Source: Eledone cirrhosa
Taxonomy: Eukaryota
Reading direction: 5' to 3'
Assembly: GCA_964016885.1 (NCBI GenBank)
Contig: OZ024741.1
Coordinates: 119,722,001-119,786,000, forward strand
Length of the DNA: 64,000 nucleotides
Shown here one piece after another: positions 43,033 to 54,130 of this stretch. Position numbers and translations under genes: made by a program. The notes beneath the pieces are model-generated. The model was not told the DNA's origin, ran no database searches, and worked only from the letters and a program-made list of their open reading frames with translations. Position 1 is the stretch's first letter. Every line of letters starts with the position of its first letter.

Positions 43033-43752
43033 TACCCATATTTCTTTACCATTCCTTTGGCTTCGTCTAATTCTTCCTGGGTTACCTGGATCGCTTCGCA
43101 CGTTTTTGCTACTCTGGCAAAACTCAGGGTACTTTTCTTAATTTCATTGTTGCTGTTGTTATTATCGTTATTTTTGCTATTGTTAATTTTAGTTTCAGTT
43201 GTGGTGGTGGTGGCGTCAGTGGTGTTCAGTGTGGAAGAGTTCATTTTGGTTGAATTCATTTCGATATCATGAGTTAATTTCTTTTTTTCTTTTGTTTCTG
43301 TTGTCGCTGTGGTGGTGGTGGGGGTGGTGGTTGTCGCGGTGGTGCTGTTGGTGGTGGTGGCGGCTTTAACACCTTCAGTCATTGGTAATGGCGGGAAATG
43401 AACGTCTGCCTGAGACAAATTAAAAATATTGCTACTGCTTACAACTCCAGTGTTGGCAAACGTAGCAATGTTTACGATGGTAGTGTCGGTGTGAGGTGTT
43501 GGATTGTGAGGAAGGAGTGAATCTGAGTCATCCATTATTTTTCAAAGAAAAAAAATTTTGTTTGATAATTATAAAAAGTTTAAATTTTGGGCTCAAGGCC
43601 CCAATATTTTTGAGTGTCCTTTTCAGAAATCAATGTATGTGCACTTATATATAGTTAACAATAACAATTTTCCATAAATAGCAATTTTAAATAACTGAAA
43701 ATAACAAACCTTTGCGGAGCTCACGATGATACGATTTACTACGTAGGTCGCC
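43033..43752 (-). mobile_element. 5' UTR and ORF1 N-terminus of a divergent Tx1-type subfamily
   Basis: SFARVAKTCEAIQVTQEELDEAKGMVKKYG aligns with SFAGIAKNLETILITNEELEEAKKMVTKNG of ORF1 at 60-62 kb; 5' end abuts (AAT)7. Confidence 0.75.
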
Positions 43753-43773
43753 AATAATAATAATAATAATAAT

Positions 43774-44537
43774 TCTGCAATGCTGTGGTTGAAACAGTGG
43801 ATCACTTAGTCTCTGGATGTAAAGTTTTAGCACCAGTAGAATACAAATCTAGACATGACAGAGTTGGCCAATAACTTCACGGGGTAATATGTCGGCATTA
43901 CAAAATCAAAGCTGAAGACAATTGACACAATCATCACCCTGAGGCTATAACTGAAGGAGAAAAAGTAATCATTCTCTGGGACTTTCCTCTACATACTGAC
44001 AGGACCATAAAAGCAAATAGACCTGACATCATTGTAAAAGATCAACATAATAAGGTCTGTTTATTGATAGATATGAGCATTCCATGTGATCACAATATCG
44101 CGGCAAAAGAATTTGACAAGCTACGAAAATATAAAGATCTGCTTATTGAAATTGAGAAAATGTGGCACCTTAAGGCCGTTACAATACCAGTGATTGTGGG
44201 AGGACTGGGAATGATCAAGAAAGGAACAGAACAATATTTGCGAATGATTCCTGATTTACCCTCTCTGCAAGAGGTGCAAAAAATTGTTTTGACTGGTACT
44301 GCACACGTATTGAGAATAGCACTATCTCTGTGTATTTACATATGCATATGCACATGTGTATATATGTATACTGTTTTTTTTCTTCTTTTTTTAAAATTAT
44401 AATCAATGTGCTGTATTAACTGGCTTACCAATGCACACTGTGAATTTATTTGCCCTAGGTGTCAGGAAGACACTCGGCATATATCTCAGAAACAATAATG
44501 AAAGAAAATAAAAAAAAATGATAATAAAAAAAAAAAA
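43774..44537 (+). mobile_element. 5'-truncated R4/Dong-type element (RLE domain and 3' UTR)
   Basis: ETVDHLVSGC, RHD, RPDIIVKD, LIDMSIP, KYKDL; AAT tracts on both sides. Confidence 0.85.
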
Positions 44538-44552
44538 AATAATAATAATAAT

Positions 44553-46509
44553 AAGGAAATCTACCATCACCTCCACACAAACAACTTGTTACCGGACGAA
44601 CAGAAAGGATGCCGAAAGAAGTCCCGTGGTACAAAGGACCAGTTACTTATTGATAAGATGGTAATGAGGAATTGCAAGAGGAGACACACTGGTCTTGCCA
44701 TGGGATGGATAGACTACAAAAAGGCATTTGACATGGTGCCTCATTCTTGGATCACCAAAGGCCTAGAGATCTTCAAGGTGGCAGATAACATCAGAAAGTT
44801 GTTGGGCAAAAGTATGAAGTCCTGGAAAACAGAGTTAACATCAGCTGGAGAATCCTTGGGAGGCGTGAAGATCAAGAGAGGTATCTTCTAGGGAGATAGT
44901 CTGTCCCCTCTGTTGTTTGTCCTTGCCCTGATGCCCCTGACCATTATACTGCGAAAAGTGAGAGCAGGATACAAGTTGGGAAAGCCAAAGCTTACCATCA
45001 ATCACCTCCTCTTCATGGACGATCTTAAGCTCTTCGGGAAGAGTGAGAAGGAGTTGGATGTGCTTGTTGACACTGTCCGTATTTTCAGCAATGATATATG
45101 TATGCAATTTGGTATTAGTAAGTGTGGAGTCCTTGTTATGAAGAGGAGTAAATTGAGCAGAAGCAACGGAATCCAGGTAACAACAGGTGAGATGATAAAG
45201 GAAATTGACACTGAAGAAGGATACAAGTATTTGGGTGTTCTGGAGGCTGATGACATCAAGAACAAAAAAATGTAGGAATTAATAAGATCTGAATACATTC
45301 GGAGAATAAGGAGCGTATTAAAGTCACATCTGAACAGTAGGAATGCCATAAGTGCAGTAAATTCCCGAGCTGTGTCTATTATTAGGTACAGTGCAGGAAT
45401 TCTGAGATGGAATGTTGCTGAACAAAAAGAAATGGATAGGAAGACTAGGAAGCTATTGACTATCTACAACATGTTCTACAAGAGTAGTGATGTCGATAGA
45501 CTCTACTTAAGGAGATCTGAAGGTGGAAGAGGTCTTATCAGCATAGAGGACTGTGTTCAGATGGAGAAAAACAACCTACACAAATACGTGACTGATAGTA
45601 AGGAGCCAATGCTCAGAATTGTACTGAAGGAGAGGACAATAGACCAGGGGGATGTCCAAGGAGGAAATAACAACAAGGAGAAAGAGAAGCCTTCATGAAA
45701 AATCCCTTCATAGTACCTTCTTTGAGAAAACTGAATCCAGAGATCCACAGACATGGAACTGGTTGAAAAGAGGAGACCTTAAAAACGCTACAGAAGGAAT
45801 GTTAATGGCTGCGCAAGAGCAGGCCCTCAAAAAGAAGTGGCTGAAACACCATATTTACAAGGAGGAGGCTAGCCCACTGTGCAGGATCTGTGGCTCACAT
45901 TGTATCCGAGTGTAAACACCTAGCCCAGACTCACTGTAAAAGCTGGAGACATGATGTGATGGGCAGGGTGATCCACTGGCACCTATGCAAAGTAAACAAT
46001 TTGACACATTCTGAGAACTGGTATGAGCATAAGCCAGAGTCGGTGATAGAAAACGATCAGGTGAAGGTGCTGTGGGATTTTAGGATACAGACGGACAAGA
46101 AACTGGAACACAATAGACCTGACCTGGTGGTTTTGAACAAGGAAAAAAGATCGTGCCTGATTGTGGATGTGGCCTGCCCATTCGACACGAGAGTGCAAGA
46201 GAAGGAGAGGGAGAAAATTAACCGATACCAGGACTTAAAGTGGGAGGTAAAAAGGATTTGGAACTGCCATGAAGTCAAAGTGGTCCCGATTGTCATAGGC
46301 GCACTAGGTACTATCTCAAAAATTTTCCAGGGATGGTTAAAGAAAATTGGCCCCGCCACGCTTTTTGGAACGCTTCAAAAGGCATGCTTGCTGGGAACAG
46401 CAAGAACCCTCCGATACGTCCTGAATATCTGAGGCTGCAGGCAGTGGCTTGATATTCATTTCAACAAACTTTCCAGTTAACTAACATCAATGACTGAGAC
46501 TCAAAGAAC
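44553..46509 (+). mobile_element. 5'-truncated R4/Dong-type element (RT + RLE, with stops)
   Basis: [36 protein letters not shown]; ends in (AAT)19. Confidence 0.9.
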
Positions 46510-46569
<60 letters not shown>

Positions 46570-46769
46570 GCCCCGGCACCACCACCGACATAGCCAGCAG
46601 CAATAACAGCCAACTACAACAAAAAGTATATTATATTATTGTAATGCACTGGGTGATTGCTGGCCTGGAGTGGAGACAATTATTAATAATTTCATTCTTA
46701 AGCCACGCAATGCTCACATTAAGGAACCACTCATGATAATAACAATTTAAAAAAAACAACAAAAAGAAA

Positions 46770-49700
46770 ACCCCGTGACCAAGAAATACCGGGATGGCGG
46801 CCGGCGGGGAATAGCCATGTCTCTAGGGGAGAACGACCCCTCTAGTCTTGGTTGACACTCGTTCTAGAAGTGGTAACACGAAAAGATTACCCCTTGGCGG
46901 ATAAGGATAAAACGCGACAAAATAAAGTAGATGTCTAATGATGAAATCTCATACCGGATCGGCCGTCACCCGGGTAAAAAAGGGCCGCGTCCCTCAGAGA
47001 GGAACCAGACTGGGGTCGAAAAATCAGCTAATGGTTCAAACCTTCCCATCACTTCGGAGCTGGAGACCTCCCATAACCGGAATACTCCTACTGTTGGCCC
47101 TCCATGCTCACCACCAAGAAATCCAAAGAAAAAGAGAGAAAAATGGTCAAGGGAAGATAATAAAGAAGTCCTTGAGGCTTTCTACACTGCCATGTACTAC
47201 CCATCAAATACATCGAATACAGAGCAAACATATATCAACTGGAAAAAGAAACATCCCGAAAACAGAGGCTATATTGACAGTAACAAACTAGCCAATATAC
47301 GAAGAAATATTGTAAGAAAAAAGTTACTAACTGATATAGAAATTGATCAGATCAAGCTAGTAGCACAAAGTCAGCGAAGGGAAAATGAAGCATGTGTCAG
47401 TGAAAACGAGGTAAACTGTAACACTTCGAATCCCAGAGTTGGGGCGGAATCACTGGCAACAGAACAAATTAAAGAAAGGAGCGAAAAAGTGGAGGGAGTG
47501 CATGCTCAGGATGAAACTCCAAATGAAAATAATGAGATCGTAAATGATAAAGAAATGAATGAGAATGAACTTGCCAACTTGAAGGATGAAATTATGATCG
47601 AATGGATGAAAATGAAAGAATCTGACATGGGGGAACGAGACACCCTCCCTAAGATCCAGAACTCCAAACAGAACCAAAAGATAATACACAAGACAAACAT
47701 AATTCTCAAAAACATTATCATCACAAACAAACTAAGCATTACTGACTTAAATCATCTCTATTATGCATCGGCTAAAGTCACCACTCACTTATGTGGAGTG
47801 AAGATGAAAAAACAAAGGAATTCCCACAAGAAATCTACTTGGCAAGATAACATCAATCGCCAAATAAACCTTCTCCGATCTGACATAGAAATTTTAACAA
47901 ACTATAAAGTAGGTGAACATGTTAAACAAACTAAACTTAGAAAATTGAAAAAAAAGTACAGTATAAGATCAACATGTGACATAGACATGCTGATAGAAAC
48001 AATCAAGCAAAAAGTGTCGGCCAAAGCTGCTCGTATAAGGCGCTTTGAAAAACGATCTAGATTCTATAAGGACAATAATATGTTCAAAAACAACCAAAGA
48101 AACTTCTACAGAAAAATTGGTAAGTCAACAATAACTGCTAAATCAATACCACCCAAGGAGGAAGTGCAAGAATTCTGGGAAAAGATCTGGGCCGAAGAAA
48201 AAGTTCATAACATACATGCCCCATGGATAGACAGACAAATGAAAGAAACAGCTCACCTTGAAGAACAAACATGGGAAAATATAACAGTTGAACAGCTGCG
48301 CTTGGCTCTAAGAAAAACCAGCAAATGGAAATCCCCAGGAAAAGACAAAATACAAAACTTTTGGATAAATGCCTTCACAGAGTCTCATGAGCTGTTAGCC
48401 CAACTTTACAATGAAATAGTTAAGGAGCCAGAAAAGATACCATCATGGCTAGTTAACGGCATTACATTCCTGCTACCGAAGAATGATGAGACAAACAATC
48501 CCAAAAATTACAGACCGATAACCTGCTTGACCACAATGTATAAAATTTTAACATCAGTCCTAACTGAATACACATATGACCACCTGATAACAAATGACCT
48601 ATTTCCCATTGAGCAGAAAGGGTGTAAACGAGGCTCATATGGCTGTAAGGATCAGCTTCTGGTTAACAAAATGATACTGGAAGATTGTCATAATAGACAC
48701 AAAAATCTATCGATTGCTTGGATAGATTATAAAAAAGCATTTGATAGTTTGCCACACAGTTGGATTGAAAAATGTTTAGAGATTTTCAAAATATCCCCCG
48801 TTATCAGGAGGTTTTTGTCATTCAGTATGAGGACATGGAGAACGACACTCCTTTTGAATAGTGAAACAAAATCACTGGAAGCTGGAGAAGTTAACATTAA
48901 TTGTGGAATTTTTCAGGGTGACTCTTTATCACCGCTTTTATTCTGCATCGCACTTATACCATTAAGTAAAATGCTCAATGAAACAAAACATGGATATAGA
49001 GTCTATGACAAAACCATTAATCACCTGTTCTACATGGATGACCTGAAACTATTTGCAAAAAATGATGAACAATTGCAAGGGCTATTATCCACTGTGAAGC
49101 AGTTCAGTGATGACATTAAAATGGAGTTTGGACTGGATAAATGCGCCAAAGCAACGTTCACCAGAGGAAAGCTGCTGAAGAGTTCAGACATTAATCTTGA
49201 TCGGGGGAACGTGATAAGAGAGCTTGATCAAGAACAAACTTACAAATATCTAGGTGTTTGTGAAGGAGACGGAATCAAGCACTCGACAATGAGGGAAAGG
49301 ATAAGGAAGGAATGTTACCGCAGAGTCAGAGCAATCTTAAGAACGGAATTGAATGCAAGGAATAGGATCGATGCCATAAACACGCTTGCCATACCAGTAG
49401 TAACCTACAGTTACAATGTCATCAACTGGTCAAGCACAGAGATCCGTAGGCTCGATACAAAAATCCGAAAATTCTTAACCATGCACAGAATGCATCACCC
49501 TAAGGCAGACATAGATAGAATATATCTCCCTAGGAAAGAAGGAGGACGTGGGTTAATCCAGTTAGACATTGCGTTGAAAACTGCAACAATTGGATTATCC
49601 ACATATCTAAGGGAATCACATGATTGGATGATCAAACTCGTTTTGAAATACGAAAGCACCAAAAGATCATATTCCATTACAAAAGATGCACAAAGATACA

Positions 49701-50721
49701 GTAATGGACTACAAATTTCAGAAGTCCCATTTACTGCTGAAATGGAAAACACAGAAAAAGCAAAGCAGGTAAAAGTAACTGCAAAGAAAGAACTGCTACA
49801 GAAACTGGCTAAGAAATGGCAAGAAAAGCCTCTGTATGGAAAATACCCAGAGCGAGCTAACAATCCTGATGTTGACAAAACTTTAACCCATCAGTGGTTG
49901 GCATCCTCTGGACTGAAATCGGAGACTGAAGGACTGATTATATCCGCACAAGATCAGTGTCTGCCAACAAAAAATTACCAAGCCAACATAATAAAAAATG
50001 GGTGCAGCCCATTATGCCGTGTATGCAAAAAACAACCAGAGACCATTGACCATATAATTTCAATGTGCAGTCCTATAGCTCCAACCGAATACCTAAACAG
50101 GCATGACAGAGCTGCACAATACATACATTGGATAATGTGCAAGCATTTTGACCTGCCCCATCAAAAGAATTGGTGGGAGCATCAACCACCTCCCATACTT
50201 GAAAAAGATCACATCTCAATCTTGTGGAACTTTAGCATCCAAACAGACCGAAAAATAGATGCAAATAGACCTGATATAATATTGAAGGACTTTCAAAGGA
50301 GGGTATGCCTGCTAATTGATATGTCTGTTCCAATAGACAAGAATGTATCTATAAAAACATTTGAAAAATTGAGCAAGTATAAGGACCTGGAGATAGAAAT
50401 TGGAAAAATGTGGAAATTGAGAACTAAAACAATACCAGTGGTTGTAGGCGCTCTGGGAATGATACCTAAGGGGTCTAACGACTACTTATCGCAAATCCCA
50501 GGAAACCCGCGTATAGGAGAAATACAAAAGATAGTACTAATGGGAACTGCCCATATACTAAGGAAGATCCTGTCAATATAAGTACATCACAAGTCTAAAC
50601 ACTAAGGATGCATGTGTGAATATGTGTGTTCTTTCTTGAACATGGCGGACCTTGTTGTCTCTTGAGGTCACTGGTTGTGACTTGGTGATAACTCGTATAA
50701 ACATAAAGCAAGATAAATGCA
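46770..50721 (+). mobile_element. Apparently full-length R4/Dong-type RLE retrotransposon
   Basis: GC-rich 5' UTR, single intact ORF, 3' UTR ending in (AAT)9. Confidence 0.9.
46931..50581 (+). CDS. 1216-aa RT + CCHC finger + restriction-like endonuclease (R4/Dong clade)
   Basis: GIFQGDSLSPLLF, FYMDDLKLF, CRVCKKQPETIDHIISMC, RHD, RPDIILKD...IDMSVP...KYKDL. Confidence 0.93.
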   Translation: MSNDEISYRIGRHPGKKGPRPSERNQTGVEKSANGSNLPITSELETSHNRNTPTVGPPCSPPRNPKKKREKWSREDNKEVLEAFYTAMYYPSNTSNTEQTYINWKKKHPENRGYIDSNKLANIRRNIVRKKLLTDIEIDQIKLVAQSQRRENEACVSENEVNCNTSNPRVGAESLATEQIKERSEKVEGVHAQDETPNENNEIVNDKEMNENELANLKDEIMIEWMKMKESDMGERDTLPKIQNSKQNQKIIHKTNIILKNIIITNKLSITDLNHLYYASAKVTTHLCGVKMKKQRNSHKKSTWQDNINRQINLLRSDIEILTNYKVGEHVKQTKLRKLKKKYSIRSTCDIDMLIETIKQKVSAKAARIRRFEKRSRFYKDNNMFKNNQRNFYRKIGKSTITAKSIPPKEEVQEFWEKIWAEEKVHNIHAPWIDRQMKETAHLEEQTWENITVEQLRLALRKTSKWKSPGKDKIQNFWINAFTESHELLAQLYNEIVKEPEKIPSWLVNGITFLLPKNDETNNPKNYRPITCLTTMYKILTSVLTEYTYDHLITNDLFPIEQKGCKRGSYGCKDQLLVNKMILEDCHNRHKNLSIAWIDYKKAFDSLPHSWIEKCLEIFKISPVIRRFLSFSMRTWRTTLLLNSETKSLEAGEVNINCGIFQGDSLSPLLFCIALIPLSKMLNETKHGYRVYDKTINHLFYMDDLKLFAKNDEQLQGLLSTVKQFSDDIKMEFGLDKCAKATFTRGKLLKSSDINLDRGNVIRELDQEQTYKYLGVCEGDGIKHSTMRERIRKECYRRVRAILRTELNARNRIDAINTLAIPVVTYSYNVINWSSTEIRRLDTKIRKFLTMHRMHHPKADIDRIYLPRKEGGRGLIQLDIALKTATIGLSTYLRESHDWMIKLVLKYESTKRSYSITKDAQRYSNGLQISEVPFTAEMENTEKAKQVKVTAKKELLQKLAKKWQEKPLYGKYPERANNPDVDKTLTHQWLASSGLKSETEGLIISAQDQCLPTKNYQANIIKNGCSPLCRVCKKQPETIDHIISMCSPIAPTEYLNRHDRAAQYIHWIMCKHFDLPHQKNWWEHQPPPILEKDHISILWNFSIQTDRKIDANRPDIILKDFQRRVCLLIDMSVPIDKNVSIKTFEKLSKYKDLEIEIGKMWKLRTKTIPVVVGALGMIPKGSNDYLSQIPGNPRIGEIQKIVLMGTAHILRKILSI

Positions 50722-50999
50722 AATAATAATAATAATAATAATAATAATGATTTCTTTATTAACCACAAGGGTTTACATAAAGTAGACATTAAGGACAGTG
50801 CAGGACAATGCAGGACGGTACAAATGGGCATTTCTGCGTGTAAAAAACAAAAACAGAGGATGTAACAAAAAATAACAATGAAAAATTCCCCAATAGGGGG
50901 CAGACTTCGGAGGGACATTTGTGGAGAAAGCCCAATAAAAAGCCACAATGACCCTGACCACCAAGGCAAGTGCCCTCTCCCAGTTTTCCACCTTTAATT

Positions 51000-53900
51000 T
51001 ACAGATATATACTCAGAGTAGGCCCATTCACTCGGGCCATTCTTGCTTCTCTCACCCACATTCTCAAATGAAATTTGAAAAAGTCAATCAGAGCATCACC
51101 GAAGAGGTAAGTGCTCGTCTTCAGCCCTTTCAAACGTGTCCACCATACTATCGGTAGCACTGCCAGGCCAGAGATTTCTGGAAGTTGTCCATAGGCCCTG
51201 GCCCGAAGGTTCTTCCGAAGAGATTGGCTAGTTGATTTTCGTCGACGCCTAGAGTTTCCCCAAGTACGTCGTCGCTCTTCCCCTCCACTAATCCTCTATA
51301 GAACGCCGAGGTGGAGTTTCCACCGATCACATTGCCCGATTGGTCGAGGGCTGTGAGCGCCTGAAGACATTCCAGTCTCCAGGCGCTCCCTCTCGGTCTT
51401 CGCTTGACCCAGGACTGCAGCTCCGTCAAGGAAACGAGCTGGGGAAAAACGCGTCTAGCAAACGGCGACCACACCTGATCACCGTCGAGGAAGAGGTGGA
51501 GATGTCGTAGCCTGAGCGCGTGCCTGCGCATCATCAGCCACGGCATGCCCAGCCCTCCACGTAGCGGGTGTTGACAACAGATGGACCGCCTGACCATCGG
51601 AGCACGTCCCTTCCACAAAAAGCGAAAGAGCAAACGCTCCAGCGCAGTCAGGCGAGATTAGGACAAGGTACGACGGTTAGGCGGTAGCAGATGACAGACG
51701 CGATGTACGCGTTAGCCACCTCCGCTCGACCTTTCAGGGATAGCTTCCTCTCCACCCATTTCTGGGTGAGAGAAGCCACCCTGCTCGTCACCTCGTCCCA
51801 GTTTTTGTCCGTCTGGAGGTCCGGACCGAACCAGACCCCTAGCAATTTAACCGGTCCGTCCGTCCAGCGCCCGACGACGCTGTTGGACGGCATGGACCTG
51901 CCTCTCCAGGTGCCGAGCTGCAGGCCCACTGACTTTTCCTGGTTGATCATTGCTCCTGTCACCGCTTCGTATTCTCTTAGTGTAGTGCCGATCGCCTCGA
52001 TGTGTTTGGCGTTCGACACCACTACGGTGACATCGTCCGCATATGCTGACACGGATCTTCCGCATCCTAGTTCGCGCGGGACTCCCCTCAACGTCTCCAG
52101 TTTGTGCAGTAATGGCTCGAGAGTCAATACGTACAAGAGGGACGAGAGGGGACATCCTTGGCGGACCGAGCGCATGATGTTGAACGGTTCCGACAGGTGA
52201 CCGTTCACTCTCACCACAGAGCAGATGTCGCTGTGCATGGCAGCGATCCAGCCTCTGAAGACGGGCCCAAAGCCAGCCGCCCTCAGGACTGCCGCTAGGT
52301 AACGATGGTCGACCCTATCGAAAGCTTTCGACTGATCTAAATTGATCAAGGACCCACCCGTGCCAGGTTCCTTAGCTACCCTCTCTATGATGTATCGCAT
52401 GAGGTGGAGGTTGTCGTGGATGGATCTGTCGGGAATGGCGCATGTCTGCGCCTCTCCCACCAGACCACCAACGACAAGCGCCAACCTCTTTGCTAGCACC
52501 TTGGCCAAAATCTTGAACTCTGTGTTTAGCAGAGTTATGGGCCGGAAATTGTCTATGTTATCCCCCTTGTTCGGATCCTTTCTCAGCAGTGCCACCGCTC
52601 CTCGGCTCACAGAACTGGGAATTCTCCCGTTCTGTTGCCAGTTGCAGTAGACGTCCGCCAAGAGGCCTCCGAACAAGTCTGGCATCTGTACGTAAAGTTC
52701 ATAGGGCAGACCATCCAAACCAGGCGATTTACCCCTTGTGCAACTAGTCATTGCATCCCGTACTTCAGCGGCTGTTATCGGCTTTTCGCAACACTTCGCC
52801 TCAGTGGCCGAGAGCCGCGGCAGTCCGTCGAGGTAGACACTAAAGTCCATCCCTCTACCCGGCCCACCGCTGCCCCCGAACAGCTGAGCGAAGTGTCGCT
52901 GAAAAGCTTCACACATTTGCTCGGGATCGAGTAGTATGCGCCCGTCGTGGTCCACCAAAGACCGGATCGTGGCTTTGCTGCCACGACGCGCCTCCGCCAC
53001 TCGGGCCCATTGAACGGCTTTCGTCCCCTCGTGTCTGAGAGCACGCACCCTAGCTCTGACAACGCAGCCTTCGTGCTTTGCATTGAAGAATTGGTCAAGG
53101 GCCAATTTCGCCGCAAGCACGTCGGTCGCAATGCCTTTGCTAAGCGCCTCGTCTAATTTTCTAACTAGTTCTCCCTCTGCTCTATTTTTCTCTATTGCTA
53201 AAGCCTTACTAAACCTAATCGATTCTATTCTAATCGCTCTTTTCAGAGCAAACCACCACTTGTTGTTGACGATGGCCCCCGTCAACGCCCGCTTAACTAG
53301 TTCGCTAATCCGGTCTCTGTAGGCCTTGCGCGCTGGTAAGGACGCGTTTAGCTTCCAGTAGCCGGGTCCTCGTCTATGAAGCCTATCTAAGTCAAGCACA
53401 CAGATCACGAATTTGTGGTCCGTGTAGCTGACTATCTTGAATTGTGGACAGCCTATGCTAGACCTATCTATTTCCCTACAAAATACTCTATCTAGATATG
53501 ATCTGGATGACCCTATGCGGTTTGTCCAAGTCCACATTGGCACATTCGGGAAATCCAATCGGTACCTGTCAGACAGTTCAAAACGCCTGAGCAGGTTGGT
53601 GAGGCTCTTGCACCCTCCACCCCTATCCGCTAATCCCACACAGTCCCAGCGTGCATCTAAGATCCCGTTCCAGTCGCCCACTAACACTAAAGAGCGGGAC
53701 GTTCCAAGAAAGGTCTCCAGACGCCGGAAGAAATCAGGCCGCCCTGCTCCTGTCGGGGCATAGACGGCCACTAACCTGAAAGCTTGCCCGTCTCCGCTGG
53801 TCACGTCCAGCACCACCAGCTTACCCTCTGGGTCCAGGAAGATGGCCCGTATGGCGAGATCCAAACCTCTCCGAAAAAGCACAGCAACTCCTCCACCCGA

Positions 53901-54095
53901 TCCAGGACGGCTGGGAGATGCGTACACATCGTAGCCGCCGAAGATCGGTGCGAAGGCCCGTGCTTCGGAGATTCTGGTCTCGCTGATGGCCACTACATCT
54001 ATGTTTAGTGACCTGAGGTCGTTGAGCAGGTGACCCTGCTTCCATGACGACCCCAAGCCACGCGCATTTATGCTGCCTATTCTGAGTGAGGTCAT
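51000..54095 (-). pseudogene. ORF2 (APE + RT), frameshifted, zinc-finger region deleted
   Basis: 815-aa ORF nearly identical to the N-terminal part of the 1139-aa ORF. Confidence 0.9.
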
Positions 54096-54130
54096 GTTTA
54101 AAATAGAGTGGAAAAGATGGGACAGACCAC

